From the NCBI RefSeq assembly GCF_009914755.1, contig NC_060926.1: 64,000 nucleotides of DNA, one strand, 5' to 3'. The stretch is from the human T2T-CHM13v2.0 reference genome, Homo sapiens. This document shows, piece after piece, positions 1 to 16,344 of this stretch. The notes under the pieces are model-generated. The model searched no databases, had not been told where the DNA came from, and saw only the letters and a list, made by a program, of their open reading frames with translations. Numbering within the stretch: the first letter of the stretch is position 1; every line of letters begins with the position of its first letter. A program made the position numbers and the translations under genes.

Positions 1-198
1 ATTTAATGAGTCTAACCAAACCTTAATATCTATTATTAAGTTTAATAGTTTAAAATAATTTAAAAATACTTTGAGTTTATGGAATGAAAACACTGTTTCA
101 AGTTTGTGTGTTGGTTAGAAATATTTTGAATTACTAGATGTGTCATTTTAAAAATGTGGTATGTACTAGTAAATTTTGTAAAATATTTTATCTTTTAG

Positions 199-292
199 GC
201 GAGGATTAAATCCACCACACAGGGTGAAATCTATCTCCATGACAACATTCACACAACAGGAAATTGAATTCTTACAAAAACATGGAAATGAA
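199..292 (+). CDS. AGFG1: AGFG1 exon 2 (94 nt), ArfGAP domain
   Basis: tcttttag|G CGA GGA TTA AAT...GGA AAT GAA|gtaagt; encodes RGLNPPHRVKSISMTTFTQQEIEFLQKHGNE. Confidence 0.97.
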
Positions 293-1809
293 GTAAGTGG
301 TTTTTTTTTTTTTTGCAATTTTTGACTTTTTTGTTGGCAGTCATTTTAATGAGATTTAATAAGTTATTTAAAACGTTGAATTTCACGGTCTAAATAAGTT
401 ATTTTTGTATTTTATATTTAGATATTTTAAAATGTACTCATTTAATAATGTATTTGGAATTAATGTTTACTACATAAACACTTTACCGTAAATCTGAGGT
501 GAAATGTGTGTATTTAAAAGTCATCAGTCTTGAATATAAAAGGCGTTTCGGAGGACACCCATTATTACAGTTATTGTTAGTCTTCGCTTCAAAAGTCAAA
601 AAAGAGGAAGAGAATTCATTTTGTGATGTTGTGTTAAACTTGTTAGAGTGTTGTGTGATCAGCTTTCACTTGAAGTCCTCTATTTTTCGTAAATTTTTAA
701 CTTTGGACGTGTAGGTGATGTGTAATGTTTAGCAGGTGCTCAGTAGGGAGGAGGTTAGTAGTTCTCAGTGGCAGCTAAGTGTCATGGGGAGCCAGATGGT
801 ATAAAGATTTGGATGGAAGCTTTTTTTCTTCTTGCCTTTAATGGGCTTCCAGTAATTCTATTCTGTTTGCTTGTTTGCTTTTAGCTCTGTGTTTTGCTAT
901 TAGTAAAAGTTTTTAAAATTTTTCTAATATTTTTAAAATTAATAAAATTAACAAAGAGAGTGGGCATTTTTTTATAATCCTGCAATAAGGATGAGCCAGT
1001 TAACCCAAGCTGATTAATAATAGCTATTATTATTTGACAGAAAAGTCTCATTTTCTAGAAAGGATAAGTAGTACTTTAGTGGTACTCTTCTGGTTGCATC
1101 TTTGATATCCTTAATAAACATAAAGTAAGTTAAATATTAAAATTTTATTAGTTTTAATCTTCTCCTTGGACCCTTAGAAAATATATGCAAGCATTTTACA
1201 CTCTGCCTTTCTTCCTAATACTCTGAAAGTAATACCTTAAAATTGTTTGCCTACTTGTGATGTCCACTTGCTTTTGGTTCTAAAATAGTGAGGAAATATA
1301 AATTCACAGCTATGAAATATTTTTAAATATTTCATATTAAATTATTTAAAGAAGAGAGCACATTTTGAAGTCTCCAGATTTTGCCGATGACAAATTATTT
1401 TGAGTATTCAGATTCCAGACTAATGTGAGTACATTATAAGAACATGTAAAGCTGGATGAAAAGGTAGGAGGCTTTTAATGAAGAGTAAGCATAGAATAAT
1501 ATATATATTGATTAAAATACAATTTGAACTACTTGTGTAAAGTTTACAAGTAGGATTAACTTAACATTGCACACTTGAAGTTACTTTCTTAGAATGTTGG
1601 CTTAGTGTGCAAAATTTTGGAAATTAGAATGGAATCAGAAATAAAGAATATTATTCTATCTTTAGATTAAAAATATGACAGTAGGTAAAAACAGAGTAGC
1701 AAAACTGTGATAACAGCAGTCAATTGAAGAAGTGAAAATATAACAATATGTGAGATAAGGTTAGGTGGAGACTGGTCCAAAACAATACCAAGATTGAAGG
1801 AGTATATAT

Positions 1810-2140
1810 TTTTTTAATTGTGGTGGGAACATTGATCTACCCTCTTAACAAATTTTTAGATGTGCAGTATTCTATGGTTAATTATAGACATAGTGCTGTA
1901 TAGCAGATCTCTAGAAATTAATCATCTTGTATAACTGAAACTTTATACCAGTTGAATTACAGCTCCTCATTTTATCTTCTGCCCCTGTTGCCCCGATTCT
2001 ACTCTCTGCTTCTATGGGTTTGACTATTTTAGATACCTCATATAAATGGAATTACACAATATTTGTACTTCTGTGATTGGCATATTTAGTGTAATGTCCT
2101 CAAGATTCATCCTTATTGTCATGTATGGCAGGATTTCTGA
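1810..2140 (-). mobile_element. Old L1M (L1MA-like) 3' fragment
   Basis: gcagatctctagaa...ttctactctctgcttctatg...ttttagatacctcatataaatgg. Confidence 0.7.
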
Positions 2141-3919
2141 AGGAATATTTTTTAAGGCTATAGCATTATGGTAAATTTAGAGTATATAAAAAGAATTAGT
2201 TAATTTTTAGGAACTCACTGTATCAAAAAGTAGAAGCAAAATGTAAATGTTATAAGTGACTGAAATGTATTTATGAATCTTAAGTCCTACAAAGAGGTTT
2301 GCAAGTTGATAGACCACTCAAAGCACTTACCATGACAATCACTGTCACTGTGCTGGGTATTAGGGATGTGGTTATAGATGTGTTACACCGGCTTAGTGGA
2401 CAAAGGGCTCACAGTTGGTGTGACAGATACATAACAGATAATTGCAACATGGTATTAGATAAATAATGATAAGAATAAGAAGTATCAGCAGTAGTATGGA
2501 AAAAGGGAATCAGTATTTTGGTGGAAAGGAGAGGATTGGGAAGACCCGACAGAACAGATAACACATTTGTTGGTTTTTGAGGGTAACTAGAACCTAAGCT
2601 GGTAGTGGAAGTCACTGAAGATGGAGCAAACAGTACAAAAAGAAAAAGGGAAACTTGCAATAGGTTGCTAGGAAATATACTAACCTTGTAAATGCTTGTT
2701 AAGGAAGACAAACATACCTTCTTATAGTATACCAAAGAACATCTTAGAACCAAAATAATGGACAGGTATGTTTGGTTCTTTACAGTATTAACAGTATCTG
2801 TGTTCTTAAAATTTTGAGAGGTGTGTAGAGGGTGTTGAAGATACAAAGTGTGGGACAGTTGGTACAGCTTTATAACCAAATCTTTATGGATTTCACGTGC
2901 AAGTGTTCTATTATCAGTTTATCTTTTTTAAACCTTTAAATGGTAAATATCACTTGCATAGGGAATAGTACCAGAACGTAAGTTTACATTTCAAAATAAG
3001 TTGCCATATTCTCTCGTCACCTTTTAATAGTTTGGAAAGGGCCATATTCAGTCACATAAGTTTTGGATTAAAAAGGCTCTATCATACATCTTGTGCATGA
3101 ATGAGTTCATGCCTGAAGATGAGTATTTCCAAAATTAAAAGATCAGAAAGTATATTGGCTTTGGCAGCAGCCTTGGATCTTTGATCCCCACCAGGGAGTT
3201 TTAGTGAGCTGTGGGGCATGTTTGGTTGTTGTCACTATTGGAAGATGTTGCTGGCTTAAGCAGGCAAGCACCATGAATGATGAATGACTTGTAATGTGTT
3301 GAACAGAATTAACCTGCATGCCATATGCTATGAATGTTCCTCCAGACATTTATATGTGGGAAACATCTGTGTATGGTCTTCTGCATATATAATTTAATTC
3401 TGTCTTAATACTTGCATTGTAGTTGAACATCCTATTGCCAAAGAAAGTCATGCTCCAAGCCCAGAATCAGAGTGAGAGGGGCTACCAAGTTACAGGGCAA
3501 AGGGCATGGATACAATCACACAACTGATGGCAATACGAATTGTATTTTAGTCATCAATAAAGTATATCTGTATTGGTAGCTGTGGTAAGCAAATAATGTT
3601 ATTACTATTTATAGATATGCATAGAGACCATACTTACAGAGTAGATCATTAGTTTCTACAGATGTGGTTTACAAATTTCTTGACTATTACTTTAGTGTTT
3701 ATAGACTTCTACAGTGTGTTTGGTGGAGGAGATATGTATATCATTAAGTTACAGCACATAATATGCCAGATGCTAGTAAAATATTTCGCATTGGAGCACT
3801 TTGTATTTATTTGCTGAAGTAATTTTTGTCATTTTTTTCAGAACCAGAATATTTCACAAAAAGTTTCCATGTATTTCTTTTGTATCATACAGTTACTTTA
3901 AAAAAAAACCTGTAGTGAT

Positions 3920-4214
3920 CTTGGCACTGTAGCTCCCCTGTAATCCCAGCACTTTGGGAGGTGGAGGTGGGAGGATCCCTTGAGGCCAGGAATTCGAGAT
4001 CAACCTAGGCAACAAAGCGAGATCCCATCTCTCCAAAAATTTAAAAATTAGCCAGGCGTGGTGGTACACATCTGTAGTCCCGGCTACCCAGGAGGCTGAG
4101 GTGGGAGCATTGCTTGAGCCCTGGAGTTCAAGGCTGCAGTAAGTCATGATCATGCAACTGCACACCAGCCTCGGTGACCAAGCGAGATACTGTCTCAAAA
4201 AAAAAAAAAAAAAA
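3920..4214 (+). mobile_element. Alu (AluJ-like)
   Basis: Dimeric Alu with poly-A; degenerate TSD aaaacctgtagtgat / aaaatctatagtgat. Confidence 0.92.
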
Positions 4215-4471
4215 ATCTATAGTGATTTTCTGTATGTCCTCATTTGTGATGTCATGGGCAAATTATGGTTTTCTAGTTAAAGGAAGTTGGATTAACTTCT
4301 GATTATAAAGTTAACGGAAGGTGGACTGGTGAACACTGCTGTAAGTAGATAATTCAATGGAGAAGAAAATTTAGAAATAATTTTATTTTGAAATATGTAT
4401 AGTTTATGTTTTCTAGTTGTAAGTTAACCTTCCTAATATGTTTGAAGACTAAAAGTAAAAGCATTACTACT

Positions 4472-4790
4472 GGCCAAGTGCAGTGGCTCATGCTTGTAAT
4501 CCCAGCTCTTTGGGAGGCTGAGGCGAATGGATCAGTTGAGGCCAGGAGTTCAAGACCAGCCTGGCCAACGTGGCGAAACTCTGTCTCTACTAAAAATATA
4601 TATATATTAAAAAAAAAAATTAGCCAGGCATGGTGGTGTGTGCCTGTAATCCCAGGTACTTGGGAGACTGAGGTGGGAGAATCGCTTGAACCTGGGAGGT
4701 GGAGGTTACAGTGAGATTGTGCCACTGCACTTCAGCCTGGGCAGCAGAGTGAGACTGTCTCAAAAAAAAAAAAAAGAAAGAAAAAAAAAG
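4472..4790 (+). mobile_element. Alu (AluS-like)
   Basis: Full Alu with (TA)n in the linker and an A-rich tail. Confidence 0.92.
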
Positions 4791-5002
4791 AAGACATTAC
4801 TATTAATGCTCCACAGGCATGGTCTATGTGTAGGAGTAAAATCAGGCATTGCATGCCAGTATTTGATTATCTCTATACTGGATTAAAAACAAAACAAAAT
4901 GATTGCTTTGAAAACCCATGCAATAACGTACACTTTTCCCTTGTTAACATTCATGATTGATTCATTTTTGAAGCAGAGATTTATTAATAAATTACCTACT
5001 GT

Positions 5003-5119
5003 GGGAGAATGGCGTGAACCTGGGTGGTGGAGCTTGCAGTGAGCCGAGATTGCGCCACTGCACTCCAGCTTGGGCGATAGAGCGAGACTCCGTCTCAAAA
5101 AAAAAAAAAAAAATAAAAT
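5003..5119 (+). mobile_element. 5'-truncated AluY-like fragment
   Basis: gggagaatggcgtgaacc...gcttgcagtgagccgag plus poly-A. Confidence 0.88.
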
Positions 5120-5715
5120 AGCCTGCTGTGTGCCAGGAACTGTCCTTAGGTCCTAGGGATACAAAAAGGGAGATGATTCCTGTCCTCCCCTTGCAGTCTT
5201 CTACATGCAGGAGACATAATAAAAGTACAGTGGTCTTGTGCTGAAAGCTCAGATTTGGACTATGCAGGTTGTGAACCTTGGGCAAGAAGCTTTTTAGCCT
5301 TAATTTCTATTGGTAGTAACTATAATACCTGTGTATAAAAATGCTAGGATTTTTTGAATTAGGCCAACTTGTGAAAATTCCCAGCGTATTTCTTGTCAGA
5401 TAGTATTTATTTATTGAATCTGAATCTAAAGTGGTAGAAGTTATAAGAAGAATTATCAATTTTTATTTTCATTCCTGGTTTGGATGGTTTCTGTAGGGGG
5501 ATTTTTCAGTTTTCATAGCATACTGTCATGTCATTTACATTAATATTCGGGTTATGTATTTAAACTCTTGGAGCATTTTAACTTCGATTTTCTGCTGAGT
5601 TTAATAATAATGAAAATTGATAGTTATTTTAGTAACAACATATTGCCATGTAGAGTGGCAGAGTTAAGTTATATACTCATTAATTCAGGATTTACAGCTA
5701 TTCTGTTGCCTATGG

Positions 5716-5920
5716 CAGGGGTTGGCAAACTGCTTGTAGTGGCCAGATAGTAAATATTGTAGGCTTTGTGGGCCACCTGTATTCTCTGTTGCATATCCTT
5801 GTTTGAAATTCACCCCCTCTTCCCCCCCCACCCCACACACACAATTCTTTAGTGTAAAAACCATCTTTAGATTAAGGCAGTATAAAAACAGGCTAGTGAT
5901 GACCCAGTTTGGTCTGCAGA
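5716..5920. mobile_element. MER58-like hAT relic
   Basis: caggggttggcaaact...ggccagatagtaaatattgtaggctttgtgggcca. Confidence 0.6.
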
Positions 5921-6374
5921 TTGAAGATGTATAGAACTCTTAACGTTTCAGCTTGCAATGTAAATCTTTTTATGACCTGACTTCTTAATGTAATGACGTT
6001 ATTGCCAGCAGAAATGTTTTAACTACAATGATCTTTGTTTTGTTTTCCACATGTGCTATCTGTATTCTAATTTTCTTGCCATTTTACCAATGCTGGCTTT
6101 TATTTTTGCTTGACTTTTCTCTTCTAATCCCATCAGTCTTTCAGGAGTTTTTATACCTCAGATACTAACACCCCCATATGTATTTTAAACTGTTTAAAAA
6201 ATAACATTCACTGTAAGATTTACAAAAAAAAATTTTTTTTGTTATTGCTCTTAGTTTCTTCTGTATTGGTCTTACTGCCCTCAAGACATTATAGACATCT
6301 CTGTGGCATAATCTTGCATACGTCTTAATTATACCTAAAGCAGTGAAAATGCACAAGCATATATAGCCAAATGA

Positions 6375-6569
<195 letters not shown>

Positions 6570-8010
6570 TAGGACTCAAAAAAATCCGTGGTTTAGTTTG
6601 ATTACCACTAATTTATGAACCTTGTTACCTTGGGGAAACCACTTTTCCCTGACCTTCATTTTCCTTTGTAATCTGTGGGAAATATCTGTTTTGCCTATTT
6701 CATGAGGTTGATTTGAAGGTAGTATATAGGAAAACATTTTGAAAATTGATGTATTATATAGATGTAAGATCATGGTTTTATTTTATTTTTTAAAATTAAA
6801 AAAAAATTTTTTTCCCCAGGTTTGGTAACTTGCCCAAGATCGTGCTTTTATGGGCAAAGATACTTTTCCAGTTGATTCCTAAACACAGAAAATAAGTATC
6901 ACATAGGAACATGGCATGCTTTGAATTGAATTTAGGGTGGAGATAAATTTTTGCAGAATTTCAGTCAGTATGATGGTATTAATAAATGAAAACATTCACT
7001 AATAATACATTGAAAAACATTTTAAACTACAAAATTAATTATTTGAGGGAATAGCTTCCTAGAGGGATATCTCAGGTTTAAAACCATCCAATTAAAATAT
7101 TAAAGCACACTATTGTTATTATTTAAGGGATATTTATTTAGTGTCTGCATATTTATGCACGTCTGGCCTTTTAAGCATTTTGAAAGGAAGGTATGGTGCT
7201 ATGGCTCTTCTAAATATTAGCTGAATCTAGTCAGTAGTAACTTAGTAAAGTTGAAAATATTTAGAGTATATTATTTGATGTTAACTGTTGGCTTTCAGAG
7301 AAATACACTAACAAAAATGTAGAAAATGTAGACATGTCTTTGTGTTGAACATATCATAATCCGTGGGTTTTTTTGAATGACAGAAAACCCAGAGATTTAT
7401 AGAAGAAGCTAGATGTTGTTTGTAACTACTCTGAGAGTTTACTTAACTTTTTTTACATTACATATTCCAGGTTACAGTGTATTTCTTTCTAGCTGTTTGC
7501 CTTACCATTCTAGCTTCCTGTAATCTCTTAGCTTGTTTTTTTCTTGCCATTGTGTGTTATCTTCTAAAAAATCTTACTTGACTCGAATTAAAACAATATA
7601 AATCATTAGATGCTTTTGTTTCTTTTTTAAAGAGTTTTTTTGTGGAGTTATTCATGCCTTTAGACAAGTAGATAATGTAACAAACTTCCATCAACACATG
7701 GCTGTCTTTTTATTATTTTTAAGCAAATGCGAGACATAAAATTTCATCTGTAAACTCAACTCTCATGTTATCTGTAAATTTCAAGGACTTTAAAATATAT
7801 ATGGCAACAGTGCTATTTTTGTCCCTATGACAATTAACAGTAATCTAGTCATCTGGTCAGTGTTTTAAGTTTTCTGTTGTTCATCAGTATCTTACTTTTC
7901 TTTTTTTTTTCTTAATGGTTTGTTTGAATGAGGATCCAGGTAATATCCACACATCGAGTGGTTAAAATGGGCTTTAAAACTTTGTATTGCTTATAAAGGA
8001 TTGGAGGCTT

Positions 8011-8318
8011 GGCTGGGCACCATGCCTCATGTTTGTAATCCCAGCACTTTGGGAGGCTGAGGCAGGCAGATCACTTGAGGCCAGGAGTTCGAGTCTAGCT
8101 TGGGCAACATGGCAAAACCCCATCTCTACTAAAAATACAAAAATTTGCTGGGCGTGGTGGCGTGTGCCTGTAATCCCAACTACTCTGGAGGCCAAGGCAC
8201 AAGAATCACTTGAACCCAGCAGGCAGAGGTTGTAGTGAGCCAAGATGGCACCACTGTACTCCAGCCTGGGTGACAGAGTGAGACTCTGTCTCAAAAAAAA
8301 AAAAAAGGAAGAAAAAAA
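8011..8318 (+). mobile_element. Alu (AluS-like)
   Basis: Full Alu; ggattggaggct on both flanks (TSD). Confidence 0.93.
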
Positions 8319-9452
8319 GGGATTGGAGGCTAGATGGATCACAGTGACACCTACAAAGATTGGACTGGAATGGACCTGTATTAGTAGTATGTGGCATAGA
8401 TTCAGGCAGAGGTTTGTGTTAGGGGCCTCAGGCCAGGTAGTTATTCTGGAGCTGGATAATCTATAACCTGGGGCCCCTGCCGGCTTAAAGTCCCTGGGAA
8501 ACATAGCAGCTCAGGTGACTTCAGTGCCTTATGGGACACGGACGCAGCCCGAGTGCTACCTGGTACACATCTGAGTTGTAGTCCTTTTCCTGTGTCTTTT
8601 TCATTGCTCTGGCATCAGCTGCTACTCAGTCTCCTTAAAATTGATGTTGGGTTCTTACTGCAGGACAAGAAGCCTGTTTGTCTGTCAGGACGGCAGCTGA
8701 CATTCATTTTGGCAACAGAGTATGCCATGTGGTTATGGGGTACGTTATGAGCTGGTAAGAAGAAAACAAACAGGCCCTCCAGCCTCATAGGTTTTTGAGG
8801 AATTGGTAATGATGTTTAAGGTTTGGGTAGTAGTAGCCAAAGGCCATGCCTGCAAGAACTTCTTGTTGATTTGGGTGATATTTTTTGGTCAGTCTCTTAC
8901 TGGACCATGACTCCCACTACTTCCCCAAGGACAATCTCATACTGGCCTGTGATCCTAGGTTCTTTCCAAGGATGGAGTGTCTGTGAGCAGTTATCTTTTG
9001 ATAGGAGAACTTGTCCTGCTTTGTGCCATCTAATGGCAGCATAGTGTCATAGGTCTTATGGCAGGTGAGCAGTGGTTCACCAGCTTGTCTGCCTGCAGGG
9101 AGCCTGGTTTGGCTATCTGCTACATTGTCTCTCAGAACCTGCTGTCCTAGGTAGCTACAGCAAGACTCTGGACTTGGGTAGAGAATGCTCAGAGCCATAG
9201 CACAATGGCCAGATCTGCCTGTTTTCGTCCCCTCCTCCAACATTATTATGGAAAATTCCAAATACATAAAAGTTGAAAAATTATACAGGTACAATAAACA
9301 TTGTGCTATATTTGCCTCAGCAGATATCTGTATCCATTCATCAGTCCATCTGATATTTCAAAGTAAGCTCAAAACATTAGTTCACATTACTTGTATAAAC
9401 TGCAATATATCTATCTTTTTTATTTTTAAATTAAATTAAATTAAAAAAAAAA

Positions 9453-10034
<582 letters not shown>

Positions 10035-10244
10035 AGTATATCTATCATTAATTAGAATTCAGTATTCGTTCAATTTTTTGAGGTATAATTTACATACAGT
10101 GAAACTTAAGAATCTTAAGTGTACTTTTGGATGAGTTTTGATCATTGCTTCCAATTTGGTAATCCAAAGCCCTATACAAATATACACATAAACATCATTA
10201 CAGACAGTCACTGGACACTTCTTCCTATTCAGTCCTTCCCTGAA

Positions 10245-10429
10245 TTTTTTGAGACAGGGTCTCAACTTCTGTCACTCCCAGGCTGGAGTGCAGTGGCTGG
10301 ATCACGGCTTACTGCAGCCTTGACTTCCTGGGCTCAGGTGATTCTTCCACCTCAGCCTCCTGAGCAGCTGGGACCATAGGCATACACCACCACGCGTGGC
10401 CCATTTTTTTATTTTTAGTAGAGACGGAG
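10245..10429 (-). mobile_element. Partial AluJ-like element (right arm plus linker), near-copy of the Alu at 12842
   Basis: Shares unusual variants with 12860-13038. Confidence 0.88.
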
Positions 10430-10521
10430 TCTACTTCTGAGGCACTGTTTTGTTTTTTTATTCACATTCATATAAAGTAAGTTAAAATGTGATTTTTAAA
10501 ATAACCCTCCTTCCTTTTTTA

Positions 10522-10810
10522 TTTTTTTTGAGGTAGGGTCTTACTCTGTTGTCCAGGCTGGAGTGCAGTGGTGCGATTACAGCTCACTGCAGCCTTGACC
10601 ACCTGTGCTTAAGCAGTTCTCCCACCTTAACCTCCCAAGTAGCTGGGACTACAGGTGCGTGCCACCATGCCTGGCTAATACTGTTTATTTTTGTAGAGAC
10701 GAGATCTCACTGTGTTGCCCAAGTTGGTCTCAAACTCCTGACTAAAGCGATCCACCTGTCTTGGCCTCCCAAAGTGCGAGGATTACAGGCCTGAGCCACA
10801 GTGCCCAACC
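10522..10810 (-). mobile_element. Alu (AluJ-like)
   Basis: Antisense Alu dimer. Confidence 0.9.
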
Positions 10811-10985
10811 AAAGTAAACCTTCTTTTGAGAGTTATGCACGTGGATGCTTGTACTTTTTCCTGTTTATTACCAAGTATTGGCTTCTATTCTATGAATAAA
10901 TTATAATTTGTTCATTCTTCTTTGTCAGATATATCCTTAGTAAATATTTTCTCCCAGTCTGTGGTTTTTTGTTTTTTGTTTTTAA

Positions 10986-11324
<339 letters not shown>

Positions 11325-11539
11325 TGATGAAATACAATTTATTAGTTTTTTGTTTTATAGTGAATGGTTCCTCTTCTCTGTCTTAAAAAATCTGCTTCCT
11401 CTCAAATCATGAGGATAATCTTATTTATTTTAGAAGCTTTACATTTACATCTGTGATCCATCTCAAATTAATTTTAGTGTATGGTGTGATAGGGATTGAG
11501 TTTCATATTTTTACATGAATATGTACACTTCTAGCTCTA

Positions 11540-11912
<373 letters not shown>

Positions 11913-12644
11913 TGACCGTATAATTACGGGTTATATGCTCTCTATTATATAGTGTCATTTGTGTATTTGTTAACCCTTATGCCATACAACACTGTCTTTT
12001 GGTTACTCTGCTTTCCTAGTAAATCTTGAAGTCAGGTAGTACAAATCCTTCAGTTTTCTGTTTTTAAAGATTGCGTTAGATATTCTGGGTCAGGGGTTGA
12101 CCAACTAAAGCCTGTGGGCCAAATTTGGCCTGTTGCCTGTTTTTATATGGTCTACCTGATTGAGCTACCATTGTGAGACATGGAGACCAAGCTGGATTTT
12201 CTCTCCCTTCCTTCCTCATTTCTCCCTCCACTGTTGGCAGCTTTGGGCACCAAGTGGTGGAATCTGGGAGTTGATGACTCAGTCACCTTTGACCAGCTGC
12301 CCAAATTGAGATGACTGGGCTCTTTGGGAAGTTGGAAAGGCACACCAGGATCTGAGTGTCACTGTGGTGGAGAGTGAAAATGACCACAGTGCAGATTATC
12401 TGTTTGTCATATTGGTTTTGATAAATTGTACTTTTCAGGGAATTTGCTCATTTCATCTAAGTTGTCATATTTATTGACATAAAGTTATTCATAATAGTCT
12501 TGTTCTCTTAATGTGTATGGGATCTATAATTACTTTGCTCTTTTATTATTTCCTTCTGTTTACTCTGGGTTATTTCCTCATTTTTAGCTTACTAAAGGTG
12601 GGACCTGAGGTCATTGATTCTACAGCTTGCTCTTTGAATACAGA

Positions 12645-13220
<576 letters not shown>

Positions 13221-14384
13221 TAACATTTTAAAGTGATCATTTTCCCTCTAAGCTCTACTTAACTGTGCTATATGAATGTTGATGTATTTTATCATTTGGT
13301 TCAAAATGTTTTCTAATTGCCCTTGTGGGCCTTCTTTGACCCATTGATTTATTTAGAAGTAGTGGTTTAATTTTTACATATTTGAGGTTTTCCTAGGTCC
13401 TTTTCTGTAATTGATTGCTGAGTTAATTCTGTATCATCAGTGAACATTTTTGATATATTTTCACTGCTTTCCTTTTTATTGAGATCTCTTTATGGTCCAG
13501 CACGTGTTCTGTCTTGGTGAGTGTACAGTGTGTACTTGAAAGGAGTGTGTTTTCTGAAGTTGTTGGGTGTAGTGTTCTATAAATGACAATTATAGCTCTG
13601 TGATTGATGGTGTTTAGATGTTGTGGATCCACGTTACTGATTTCGTCTAGTTAAGCAACTGCAGATAGAATTGGACAGCTGGTGTGGATTTACATATTTT
13701 TTTCTGTAATAAATACATCATTTTTTGCTGCATGTATTTTGAAACTTTATTATTGGTGCTGTTATATAATTATTATGTCTTCTTGATTATGCCACCATTA
13801 TGTAATATCTTTTTTATGTTTGATAATACTCTTTTTTGAAATTTACTTTATCTCATACTTTATCTCATATTGTTTTTTCTTTGTAGTGATGGGTAGTTGT
13901 GAAACACTTTATTTTTGTTTTCAGAATGTGACTGTGATGCACCTGGATATGCTTTGTGTATGTGTATGTATTTATCCTACTTGTGGTTGATGATGATCTT
14001 GAATCTGTACATTTTTCATTTACCAAATTGGGAAAATTTTATCATTTTCCTTCCAAATATTTTTTCTGCCTCATTCTCTCTCAGCTCTCCTTCTGAGATT
14101 CCAATTGCATGGATGTTAGGCATTTTGATACTGTTCTGCAGTTTCCAGAGGCTCTTAATTTTTTTCCCTCCATCTTTTTACTTTCCAGATTGGACAATTT
14201 CTCTCTTATCCTAAGCTCACTCTTCTGTTATCTCTAAGCTCTAATTTTTAACTTTAGATATTGTCTTTTCCATCTCTAGCATTTGTATTTTTTCTGTTAT
14301 TTCTAGAGTTTCCATTTCTCTGCTCAGATTTTGTTCATTTTTATTTATTGCAAGGATGTTTTCTTATATAATATGGTCTTTTTA

Positions 14385-14700
14385 TTTTGTTTTTTTTGTT
14401 TGTTTGTTTGTTTTTGAGACGGAGTCTTATTCTGTCGTCCAGGCTGGAGTGCAGTGGCACAATCTTGGCTCAGTGCAACCTCCGCCTCCCAGGTTCAAGT
14501 GATTCTCTGCCTCAGCCTCCCGAGTAGCTGGGATTACAGGCACCCGCCACCATGCCTGGCTAATTTTTGTATTTTTAGTAGAGACAGGGTTTCAGTTTCA
14601 CTGTCTTGGCCAGGCTGGTCTTGAACTCCTAATCTCGTGATCCACCTGCCTTGGCCTTCCAAAATGCTGGGATTACAGGCATGAGCCACTGCACCCAGCC
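14385..14700 (-). mobile_element. Alu (AluS-like)
   Basis: Antisense Alu with a (TTTG)n tail. Confidence 0.92.
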
Positions 14701-16005
14701 TGTAATATGTTTTTGAATATAAGTATACTAGCTATTTTAAGTCATTGCCTGCTTATTCTAAAATCTTTATCATTGCAGAATCTGTCGCTGTTTGATTTTT
14801 CTTTTGATTATGGGTCATAATTTCCTGTTTCTTTGTATATGTAGTGCCTCTGGATTCTGTTTTGTTCCTTCATAAACTATTGGTTTTAATTGTTTTGTTT
14901 TTTACTTTAGCAAATTCTGCTGCTCCCATGATGAGTGCCAGCTGAAATCTGCTCAGTTCTTTAATTGAACTGTTTGAAGTCAGCCCCATGCACACATAGG
15001 TCAGGAGTGAGCCAGAGACTTGGGAAAAGTGGATATGCAAGTTTTGTGGTACCTATTTTCTTTCTCTGGCCATCTCTCTTCTGGGATTTAGCCCTCACTT
15101 TCCAGTTGCTATGGCTGTGGTGAACCTCTTGTCTTCTTGTACTTTAAGCTTTAAGGCTTGTGTATTTCTGTTTGAGTTTTAGCAGCCCTGCATGACTGCT
15201 TTCAAGTGATGTTCCTTAAAAAAAAAAAAAAAAAAAAAAAAGCACATAGGCACATACCTAGTGCTGTTTCTTTCCTCTTCAGCTTGTTTGTGGTTGCTCT
15301 GTAGTGTCTTAATAGACTTTGTCCAGAGTTTATAGTTGTTATCTGCTGGAGAGTTGGGGTTTTAACCTGAGGCTTTTTGCCACTACTGGTGGAAATCTAC
15401 ACTGCTCGCCCTTTTAAGTCTTTTTTTATCCTCTAAGTTTCCTCTCCAGTCACTCATTCTTATTCTCTGCCCTCCTGCTAACCAAGTCATTTATTCCACC
15501 TTCTGGATTTTGCTAATGCCATCCACGTAGTGTCAACGTTCCTCTGTTCTCCCAGTTACCTATAAACCGGTGGTTGGCTGTAGTAGTTTCTTAAGATTCA
15601 GGCTTAATTTCAGGAATGGGAAAGATCCACTATTTCATAGGTTGTGTGGTGTTTTTTTAATCGAAAACCACTTTAAAAGTTTTAATTTTTGGTCATGTTA
15701 GCAGCTAATGCTCAGTGCCTACATCCACTAATTAGCAGTTGTAAAATGGTGATAGTCTAACTCAGTAGTTTTCCAAGTACAGTTTGGGACTTGTAAGGGA
15801 TCCTTGAGACCTTTTCAGAGGTTCTTTAAAGTTAAAAAAAAAAATTTAATAATACTGAGACTCAGTTTGCTGTTTTTTTACTCCTGTTTTCATGGGTATA
15901 CAGAGTTTTCCAGAAGCTACATAACATAAAAATGCGGAAGCAGATGAGAAATCAGCTGGCTCCTACCTAACAAGGCATTAATGAAGTTTACAAAAATTAC
16001 AACAG

Positions 16006-16344
<339 letters not shown>

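Noticed and set aside
1311-1336. 12-bp inverted repeat tatgaaatattt-tt-aaatatttcata
   Set aside because: Almost entirely A/T in an AT-rich intron, so plausible by chance; no other structure.
2409-2879. 156-aa minus-strand ORF
   Set aside because: No recognisable domain, a non-ATG start, and the composition of a chance ORF in AT-rich intron.
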